Shown piece by piece: positions 56,738 to 64,000 of a stretch of 64,000 bases of DNA; within the stretch, counting starts at the first letter, position 1, and the number at the start of each line of letters is the position of its first letter. Under the pieces are notes generated by a model. That model saw only the letters and a list, made by a program, of their open reading frames with translations, ran no database searches and had not been told where the DNA came from. Origin of the DNA: Dehalococcoidia bacterium (GTDB taxonomy: Bacteria; Chloroflexota; Dehalococcoidia; UBA2979); contig CAXXDN010000001.1 of the NCBI GenBank assembly GCA_963667465.2, forward strand, positions 800,001 through 864,000, read 5' to 3'. Made by a program: the position numbers and the translations under genes.

Positions 56738-58414
56738 GTGCCGTCGCTCGAGTTCAAGGGCAAGTCGCTCGTCTACGCGCACCACCTGACAGTCCCGCAC
56801 CGCCCGCTCGTCGTGGACCCGGTGAGGTCGGTGGGCGAGGCTGGCGCCAACGGCAACCTGATCATCCACGGCGACAACCTGGAGGCGCTGAAAGCGCTGC
56901 TGCCACGCTACGCGGGCCGCGTCAAGTGCATCTACATCGACCCGCCGTACAACACGGGCAACGAGGGCTGGACGTATAACGACAACGTCAACAGCCCGCT
57001 CCTCCAGGAATGGTTCAAGGAGAACTCGCCGGTGGACGGCGAGGACCTCGAACGCCACGACAAGTGGCTGTGCATGATGTGGCCGCGCCTGCATCTGCTG
57101 CGCGAGCTCCTGTCCGAGGACGGCGTGATCTTCGTCTCGATCGACGACAACGAGCAGCACCACCTGCGAATGCTCATGGACGAGATCTTCGGCGAGGAGA
57201 ACTTCCTCTCGTCAATCATGTGGCACAAGTCGTACAGCCCACAGATGGACGCTGCCGGGTTCAGCGTGAGTCACGACTACATCATGTCCTACCGGCGGAG
57301 CGGCTTGGCGATTGTCAATAGGGAACCCTTCGAACAGAACATCGAGCAGTTCCGTTTCACTGAAGCGGCTACAGGGCGACCTTACCGCAGGCGATCACTT
57401 CGGAAAGAAGGAAGTAACTCCCTGCGGGTTGACGCTCCACGATCATGGTTTCCACTCACCGGACCAGACGGAACGCAAGTCTTTCCCTACAAGCCCTTGA
57501 GGGCTGGCGAGAGTGAGCGAATTGAGGGTGTGTGGAGATGGTCCCATGAGACCTATAGCAAGCGCCTCGACAATGGCGAAGTGGAATGGGTGTTGACGGA
57601 TAATGATGGGTGGCAGCCTTATGCAAAGCAATATGTGAACGAGGGTGCAGATCGACCTCCTGGAACAGTTTGGACCTACGACGAAGTAGGCCACACTCAC
57701 GACGCTGCCGAGGAAGTCGCACAGTTGCTCGGACCCAGGGCTTTTCAAACCCCGAAGCCCGTCGCCCTCCTAAAGCGGCTGATAGGGATCGCAACAAGAG
57801 CGGACGACGATCCGATCGTGCTCGACTCCTTCGCGGGCAGCGGTACGACGGCGCACGCGGTGCTGGCGCTCAACCGCGAGGACGGCGGCAGCCGCAAGTT
57901 CATCCTCGTGGAGTGCGAGGACTACGCGGACAGCGTGACCGCCGAGCGGGTGCGCCGGGTGATCGCGGGCGTGCCGGAGGCGAAGGACGAGGCGTTGCGC
58001 GATGGGCTCGGCGGCTCCTTCGCCTACTGCACGCTCGGCGATGCGCTCACCATCGAGGGCTTGCTCACGGGCGACGGGATGCCGTCGTTCGCCGCGCTCG
58101 CGGCGTGGCTGCTGCACACCGCCGCCGGCGTGACCGCCGCCACGTCGGCACTGTCGCCGCTCGACGACGACGGACTCTTCTACGACGACGGGGTATCGCG
58201 CTTCCACCTGCTGTACGAGCCGGATATCGACTTCCTGCGCGGCGAGGACGCGGTACTCACCGAGACGCGCGCGCGGCGCATCGGCGAGGACGGCCGCCGC
58301 AACGGCCGGAAGGCCGTGGTGTTCGCCGCCGCCAAGTACCTCGGCCAGCGCGAACTCAGCGAATACGGCGTCACCTTCAGCCAGCTCCCGTACGAGCTGC
58401 ACCGCAGGGGGTAG
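56738..58414 (+). CDS. mod: Type III R-M methyltransferase (Mod)
   Basis: MPSLEFKGK start, IHGDNL, IDPPYNTG, SIDDNE, TPKP, DSFAGSGTT. Confidence 0.93.
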   Translation: MPSLEFKGKSLVYAHHLTVPHRPLVVDPVRSVGEAGANGNLIIHGDNLEALKALLPRYAGRVKCIYIDPPYNTGNEGWTYNDNVNSPLLQEWFKENSPVDGEDLERHDKWLCMMWPRLHLLRELLSEDGVIFVSIDDNEQHHLRMLMDEIFGEENFLSSIMWHKSYSPQMDAAGFSVSHDYIMSYRRSGLAIVNREPFEQNIEQFRFTEAATGRPYRRRSLRKEGSNSLRVDAPRSWFPLTGPDGTQVFPYKPLRAGESERIEGVWRWSHETYSKRLDNGEVEWVLTDNDGWQPYAKQYVNEGADRPPGTVWTYDEVGHTHDAAEEVAQLLGPRAFQTPKPVALLKRLIGIATRADDDPIVLDSFAGSGTTAHAVLALNREDGGSRKFILVECEDYADSVTAERVRRVIAGVPEAKDEALRDGLGGSFAYCTLGDALTIEGLLTGDGMPSFAALAAWLLHTAAGVTAATSALSPLDDDGLFYDDGVSRFHLLYEPDIDFLRGEDAVLTETRARRIGEDGRRNGRKAVVFAAAKYLGQRELSEYGVTFSQLPYELHRRG

Positions 58415-58426
58415 GACCACCGGGGC

Positions 58427-60934
58427 ATGGAACTCAAGCAGTACCAGATCCGCACGCTCGACGCCTTCGACGCATGGCACAAGGCGCTCGGCGCCGCCCG
58501 CGTGCGCGCTGACTTGATAGTCGCGGCCCTCGCGGACGCCGGACAAGACGTGTCCGAGGGGGCCGCGGACTTCCCGCGTGACGCGTGGCAGAGCCTGGCC
58601 AAGACCGGCGGCGTAGCCGATCCCGGGGCCGCGTACGTCGAGCGGACGGACGACGCGGGTCGCCCCATCCCCCACGCGTGCTTCAAGATCCCGACCGGCG
58701 GCGGCAAGACGCTGCTTGGGGCGGCGGCGCTCGAGCGGCTCGGCATGAGCACCGGATTCGTGCTGTGGATCGTGCCGACGCGCGCGATCTACGAGCAGAC
58801 GAAGGCGGCGCTGTGGAGCCGCGAGCACCCCTACCGCCAGATCCTCGAACGCGCCAGCGCCGGGCGCGTCAAGGTGCTGGAGAAGGACCAGCCGTTCACC
58901 CGCGACGACACCGAGCACTACCTGTGCGTGATGCTGCTCATGCTCCCGGCGGCGAACCGGCGGAAGGGCCGCGACTTCCTGCGCATGTTCCGCGACTCCG
59001 GGCGCTACCCGACGCTGTTCCCCGACGCCGACGACGCGCGTGGCGCGGCGGAGCTGCTGGAGCGTCACCCTGACCTCGAACGCGCGTCGCCGGACGGTCC
59101 GGCCAAACACAGCCTGTTCAACGCACTGAAGGTGCTGCGCCCGGTCGTCGTGCTTGACGAGGCGCACAAGGCGTACGGCAGGAAGGGCGCGGAGGAGTTC
59201 GTGCAGGCGGTCAACCGCCTCGACCCCTCGCTGGTGATCGAGTTGTCGGCCACGCCGACCGGCACGATCAGCAACCTGCTCGTTGACGTGACGGGTGTCG
59301 AGTTGAAGCAGGAGGAGATGGTCAAGCTCCCGGTGCAGGTGTCCTCGCTCGACAACGTCGAGTGGCGCGACGCGTTGGCCCGCGCGCACGACAAGCTCGC
59401 CGAGCTCGCCGCCGAGGCGAGGGCCCTCTGGGGCGACGAGGGCCGTTACATCCGGCCCATCGCCGTCGTGCGCGTCGAGCGGACCGGCAAGGATCAGCGC
59501 GACGGCGAGCGCGTCCACGCCGAGGACGTTCGCGACTACCTCGTTCGGAACCTCGGCGAGTCGCCGGGCGCGGTTCGGGTGAAGTCCGCCGAGCGCGACG
59601 AGATCGCGGGCGAGGATTTGCTGTCGGAGACCTCGCCCGTGCGCTGGATCATCACCCGCGCGGCGCTGATGGAGGGCTGGGACTGCCCGTTCGCCTACCT
59701 CCTCGTCATGCTCGACAACACGAGCAGCCAACGGGCGCTCACGCAGCTGACCGGGCGCGTCATGCGCCAGCCCGACGCGCGCCGCACGGGCCGCGAGGCG
59801 CTCGACCAGTGCTACGTCCACTGCTGGCAGACCGGCGTGGACGGCGCCGTGCGGCAGGTCAAGGCGGGGCTGGAGGAGGAGGGGCTGACCGGCCTCGGCG
59901 ACGACGTCTTCGGCGTCGCCGCCCGCGAGTTCCACAAGCGGGACGTGCCTCGCCGCGAGCGCTTCCAGAACCGCGACATCTTCCTCCCGCGGGTTTCGCA
60001 CCGCGCCGCCGGTGGCGGTTGGCGCGAGCTGGACTACCAGCGCGACATTCTCCCGGCGATCGATTGGCCGTCCATCACCCCGCCCGCGCAACTTGCGCTG
60101 TCGGGCCTCAGCGAGGGGGCGGCGGCGGAGACAGTCACCGTCGACGTCGGACCCGCAGAGCCGTCGCCCGTTCGCCGCGAGGCGCTGGCTGTGGACAAGA
60201 CGATCACGCTCGAGTGGTTCACGCGGCAACTCGCGGACCTCATCCCGAATCCGTGGCAGGGAGCGCGCGTCGTCGGCGAGATGCTTGAGCGGCTGCGTGC
60301 GAACGGCCTCGACGACGAGGCGATCCACGCCCAGCGCCGCGAGCAGGCGCTGGCGTTGCGCGACCACGTCGCGAACGAGGTCGAGCGGCTCGCGGAGGGC
60401 GTGTTCCGGGACAAGCTCCAGGCGGGCGACATCCGCTTCGATCTCGAGGTCGGCCAGCCGAACTTCAAGATGCCGGACAGCGTCCCAATGCGCGTCGCGC
60501 CGGACGACGCTCCGCTGAGCAGCCACGGCGAGCCGGTACAGAAGACCCTGTTCGATCTCGTGCCGCAACGCGACTTCAACAGTCTCGAGCGGAAGTTCGC
60601 GCTGTACCTCGACGCCAGCGAGGCGATCCAATGGTGGCATCGCGTCGCCGTCCGGCAGCAACGCGAGTACTACCTGCGGGGCTGGAAGCCGGACCGCATC
60701 TGGCCGGACTTCGTGGCCATGTCCGACGATACAGCCGACGATCCCGCCCTGTTCATCGTCGAGACGAAGGGCCAGCACCTCGACAACCCGGACACGGAGT
60801 ACAAGCGGCGTGTGCTGGACGCCCTCGAACAGCGCTTCAACGAGTACGGCAAGGTTACGGTCGCGAGCGGCCCGGTCAGGGGCAACTTCTCGATCGTCTT
60901 CAGGGAGTCGGATTTCGCGCAGGCGCTGGCGTAA
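58427..60934 (+). CDS. res: Type III R-M restriction helicase-nuclease (Res)
   Basis: PTGGGKT, DEAH, SAT, EGWDCP, Q..GR.MR, PDFV...VETKG. Confidence 0.9.
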   Translation: MELKQYQIRTLDAFDAWHKALGAARVRADLIVAALADAGQDVSEGAADFPRDAWQSLAKTGGVADPGAAYVERTDDAGRPIPHACFKIPTGGGKTLLGAAALERLGMSTGFVLWIVPTRAIYEQTKAALWSREHPYRQILERASAGRVKVLEKDQPFTRDDTEHYLCVMLLMLPAANRRKGRDFLRMFRDSGRYPTLFPDADDARGAAELLERHPDLERASPDGPAKHSLFNALKVLRPVVVLDEAHKAYGRKGAEEFVQAVNRLDPSLVIELSATPTGTISNLLVDVTGVELKQEEMVKLPVQVSSLDNVEWRDALARAHDKLAELAAEARALWGDEGRYIRPIAVVRVERTGKDQRDGERVHAEDVRDYLVRNLGESPGAVRVKSAERDEIAGEDLLSETSPVRWIITRAALMEGWDCPFAYLLVMLDNTSSQRALTQLTGRVMRQPDARRTGREALDQCYVHCWQTGVDGAVRQVKAGLEEEGLTGLGDDVFGVAAREFHKRDVPRRERFQNRDIFLPRVSHRAAGGGWRELDYQRDILPAIDWPSITPPAQLALSGLSEGAAAETVTVDVGPAEPSPVRREALAVDKTITLEWFTRQLADLIPNPWQGARVVGEMLERLRANGLDDEAIHAQRREQALALRDHVANEVERLAEGVFRDKLQAGDIRFDLEVGQPNFKMPDSVPMRVAPDDAPLSSHGEPVQKTLFDLVPQRDFNSLERKFALYLDASEAIQWWHRVAVRQQREYYLRGWKPDRIWPDFVAMSDDTADDPALFIVETKGQHLDNPDTEYKRRVLDALEQRFNEYGKVTVASGPVRGNFSIVFRESDFAQALA

Positions 60935-60995
60935 AGCATCGGCACGCTCGCCGAGGGAGGCAGAGGAAGCCTCGCGCGCGCTTCGCCTCTGACCA

Positions 60996-61010
60996 CCCCC
61001 CCCCCCCCCC
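60996..61010 (+). repeat. C15 homopolymer
   Basis: Direct reading of the sequence. Confidence 0.9.
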
Positions 61011-61083
61011 ACTTGCACCCGCTGGCACAATCTTGCGCCTGCCCCCCGCCCTCCCGACGATGGAAGGGGCGAGGAGGTGTGCG

Positions 61084-61977
61084 ATGCGGGTGGCGATTAC
61101 GGGGGGCTCGGGGCTGATCGGGAGCGCGCTCGCGGCGCGGCTCGAGGGCGCGGGGCACGAGGTGCTCCGCATCCGCCGCGGCGGCGAGGACGATCCGAGC
61201 GCCGACTGGGATCCGGCGGGCGGCTGGATCCGCGGCGGGGCCTTCGCGGGGCACGATGCGATCGTGAACCTCAGCGGCGCGAACATCGGCGGCGCACGCT
61301 GGTCCGGTGCGCGCCGCGCCGAGCTGCGCAGCAGCCGCATCGACCTCACCCGCGTGCTTGTCGAGCACCTCGGCTCGCTCGCCGCGGAGGACCGGCCCGG
61401 CGTGCTTGTCAACCAGTCCGCCGTCGGCTTCTACGGCGACCGCGGCGACGAGGAGCTGGACGAGGCCGCCGGACGCGGCGCGGGCTTCCTCGCCGACCTC
61501 GTGGCCGACTGGGAGGCGGAGGCGGTGCGCGCGGAGGCGCTCGGCATCCGCACGGTGCGCCACCGCTCGGCGATCGTGCTTTCGAAGCAGGGGCCGCCGC
61601 TCTCGCGGATGCTGCTGCCGTTCCGGCTCGGCCTCGGCGGCACGCTCGGCAACGGGCGCTGGTGGATGCCCTGGATCACGCTGGAGGACCAGCTGCGCTC
61701 GCTGGAGCACGCGATCACGTCGGAGCTGAGCGGGGCGGTCAACGCCTCGGCGCCCGGCGCGACGACGAACGCCGAGCTGACGAAGGCGCTCGGCCGCGCG
61801 CTGCGCCGCCCGACGCTGTTCCCGATCCCCGGCTTCGCCTACCGGCTCGCCTTCGGGCAGGATCCCGCCGAGCTGTTCGCCAGCCAGCGGGTCGTGCCGA
61901 GGGCGCTCGCCGGCTCCGGCTTCGAGTTCAGCCACCCGGGGATCGATAGCGCCCTCGAGGCGGTGCTCGCCGGCTGA
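61084..61977 (+). CDS. TIGR01777 (YfcH-like) epimerase/oxidoreductase
   Basis: ITGGSGLIG, NLSGANI..RW, SAVGFYG, WE, GLGG.LG.G, SQRVVP. Confidence 0.92.
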   Translation: MRVAITGGSGLIGSALAARLEGAGHEVLRIRRGGEDDPSADWDPAGGWIRGGAFAGHDAIVNLSGANIGGARWSGARRAELRSSRIDLTRVLVEHLGSLAAEDRPGVLVNQSAVGFYGDRGDEELDEAAGRGAGFLADLVADWEAEAVRAEALGIRTVRHRSAIVLSKQGPPLSRMLLPFRLGLGGTLGNGRWWMPWITLEDQLRSLEHAITSELSGAVNASAPGATTNAELTKALGRALRRPTLFPIPGFAYRLAFGQDPAELFASQRVVPRALAGSGFEFSHPGIDSALEAVLAG

Positions 61978-62023
61978 GCGCGGACCGGGCGGCCGGATTG
62001 GGCGGGCGGATTGGGGGCGCGCC

Positions 62024-62509
62024 GTGGGCCTGCATCGCTTCGAGACCCGGCAGGTGGTGCCGATCGGCCTCGACGAGGCGTGGGAGTTCTTCTCGGACCC
62101 GCGCAACCTGGCCGTGATCACGCCGCCGGAAATGGCGTTCGAGGTCGCCTCGCCGCTGCCGGAGCGGATGCATCCGGGGCTGATCGTCGTGCATCGCGTG
62201 CGGCCGCTGTTCGGGCTGCCGGTGACGTGGGTGACGGAGATCACGCAGCTGGTGGAGGGCGAGCTGTTCGTCGACGAGCAGCGCTTCGGGCCGTACCGCT
62301 TCTGGCACCACCAGCACCACTTCCGGCCCGTCGAGGGCGGCGTGGAGATCGGTGACATCGTCCACTACTCGGTGCCGCTGGGCCCGATCGGCGACGTACT
62401 CAACCGGCTGCTGGTCGCCGATCGCGTGCGCGCGATCTTCGAGCACCGCCGCGCCGTCATCGAGCGCCGCTTCGGGCGCGCGCCGGCGGGTGCGGCCCGC
62501 TCGGCCTGA
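62024..62509 (+). CDS. SRPBCC family protein
   Basis: WEFFSDPRNL..ITPP, W.TEIT, FVDEQ..GPY..WHH.H.F. Confidence 0.9.
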   Translation: MGLHRFETRQVVPIGLDEAWEFFSDPRNLAVITPPEMAFEVASPLPERMHPGLIVVHRVRPLFGLPVTWVTEITQLVEGELFVDEQRFGPYRFWHHQHHFRPVEGGVEIGDIVHYSVPLGPIGDVLNRLLVADRVRAIFEHRRAVIERRFGRAPAGAARSA

Positions 62510-62554
62510 GCGGATAGCGGACGCAGGAGAGCGGCAGCGCTGGCGGCGCTGGCC

Positions 62555-62857
62555 GCGTCGGACCCCCTCACCCCCGCCCTCTCCCGCGAGGGGAGAGGGG
62601 GCCGGATGCCTCGATCCCGTCTCTCCCGGCGGAGGTCGGACCCCCTTCCGATCCCCTCTCCCCCGGCGGGAGAGGGTCAGGGTGAGGGGGATTCCGGAGC
62701 AGCCGGAGCGCGCGCGTCTCGCTGGGCTGTTGCGCCGCCGCAGGGTCCTCGCCCGGCGGGAGCCGGACCCCCTCACCCCCGCCCTCTCCCGCGAGGGGAG
62801 AGGGGGCCGGAGCCGCTGTAGGAGGTTGGGTGTGGCCGCCCTCTCCTGCGAGGGGAG
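62555..62857. repeat. BIME-like cluster of four REPs, the last interrupted by IS110
   Basis: REPs near 62564 (+), 62654 (-), 62768 (+) and 62840. Confidence 0.85.
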
Positions 62858-64000
62858 AGACACCCCAGGGTGCTAAGGCGTCAAGCGGCGAGCTGTTCGC
62901 GGTCGTGGCGGTGCGCCCAGGCGGTGGCCTCGTCGTAGGGGCGACGTGCCTTCAGGCAGCCGTGGAGGTAGCCGACGAGGCGGTTGCCGAGAGCGCGCAG
63001 CGCCTGGTGGTGGAGGTCGCCCGCGGCGCGGCGGCGGTGGTAGAAGTCATGGCAGCCGGGGCTCGCCTGCAGCGAGCAGAGCGCCCAGCGGTCCACGGCG
63101 TCGGCGAGCCGGCGGTTGCGCACGAAGCGGGCGCGCACGCTGCGCTTGCGGCCCGATGCTACGGTGAGCGGCGAGGTGCCGGCGTAGTTCCTGCGGGACT
63201 TCGCCGACTCGTAGCGTTCGGGGTCGTCCCCGAACTCGCCGAGCACCCGGGCGCCGAGCACGACACCGAGACCGGGCAGGGAACGGTAGATTGCGGCGTC
63301 CGGGTGCTGCTCAAAATGGCTCGTGAGCGCGGCCTCGAGCTCCGTAAGCTGACGGTTGATCTCGCTGATCTGCGCGACCGCCGCGCGGGTGCTCGCGGCG
63401 AACGCCCGGCTCACGGCAGGCGGCGCCTCGAGTTGCGGGGAGCGCAGCGCGTCGCGCACCGCGGCGGCGCGCCGCTCGAGGTTGCGCTGACGTCCGCCGC
63501 GGCGCAGCGCCGAGCGGATCTTCGACGTGCTCAGGCGCGCCGCCTCGCGCGGCTCGCTCGCCCGCGCCAGCACGCCCAGGGCGTCGCCGTGCGCGAGGCT
63601 GGGGAAGGCCTGCAGGGCAGCCGGGAAATACTCCCTGAGGGCGTTGCGCAGCCGGTTGGTCTGGCGCACGCGGTCCCAGATCAGCTGCTGGTGGGCGCGG
63701 GCGAGGATGCGCACCGCGGCAGCCTCGTCGCTGTCGCCGGCCAGCGGACGGTGGTTGTGGCGGTCGGTGCGCACGAGGTCGGCGAGCAGCTTCGCGTCGG
63801 CGGCGTCGGACTTGGCGCCGCCCAGGTGGTGACGCTCACGGTAGCGCGCCGCCGAGCGGGGGTTGATCGCGTAGACGCGGTAGCCGGCCGCGAGCAGGGC
63901 CGTGACCCAGGGTCCGCGGTCGGTCTCGATGCCGACCACGACCGCGCCCGGGTCTGAGGCGTGCTCGGCAACCAGTTCGTGCAGCACGGCGACGCCCGCG
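62858..64000 (-). mobile_element. IS110 copy 2 (left end outside the window)
   Basis: Same right end TTGACGCCTTAGCACCCTGGGGTGT-CT followed by REP CTCCCCTCGCAGGAGAGGG. Confidence 0.95.
62881..64000 (-). CDS. IS110 recombinase copy 2 (5' end cut by the window edge)
   Basis: Translation appears identical to copy 1 over the visible 368 aa. Confidence 0.95.
   Translation of the reverse strand, partial: AGVAVLHELVAEHASDPGAVVVGIETDRGPWVTALLAAGYRVYAINPRSAARYRERHHLGGAKSDAADAKLLADLVRTDRHNHRPLAGDSDEAAAVRILARAHQQLIWDRVRQTNRLRNALREYFPAALQAFPSLAHGDALGVLARASEPREAARLSTSKIRSALRRGGRQRNLERRAAAVRDALRSPQLEAPPAVSRAFAASTRAAVAQISEINRQLTELEAALTSHFEQHPDAAIYRSLPGLGVVLGARVLGEFGDDPERYESAKSRRNYAGTSPLTVASGRKRSVRARFVRNRRLADAVDRWALCSLQASPGCHDFYHRRRAAGDLHHQALRALGNRLVGYLHGCLKARRPYDEATAWAHRHDREQLAA

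Noticed and set aside
57770-61030. 1086-aa minus-strand ORF and other long antisense or Arg/Ala/Pro-rich ORFs
   Set aside because: Shadow frames of high-GC genes with no recognisable motifs.
61023-61036. TGGCACAATCTTGC as a sigma54 promoter (also TGGCACG at about 27230)
   Set aside because: GG-to-GC spacing is one base short; the 27230 site lacks TTGC.

Overview
High-GC bacterial chromosomal window. The many LLM/F420 oxidoreductases, CoA-transferases III, SDRs and SnoaL proteins suggest Chloroflexota (Dehalococcoidia/SAR202-like); this is an inference. It holds about 50 mostly catabolic or housekeeping genes, a Vsr-C5 MTase-putative REase cassette, a Type III R-M system with a low-GC target-recognition segment, a DUF433/PIN toxin-antitoxin-like pair, a trehalose cluster and many intergenic REP/BIME-like palindromes. 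Main findings: (1) Two apparently identical IS110 copies are each inserted at a CT core inside a REP palindrome. The left non-coding end of copy 1 contains guide-like segments matching both the REP target and the element's own circle junction, i.e. a readable bridge RNA aimed at a genome repeat. (2) An unannotated 102-aa ORF (10845-11153) has two in-frame UGA codons, each followed by a SECIS-like hairpin, and is a candidate double selenoprotein. (3) An exported Asp/Thr tandem-repeat protein overlaps an atypical APH-like kinase gene. No rRNA, tRNA or CRISPR array was recognised. All coordinates and motif matches were read by eye; no searches were run.
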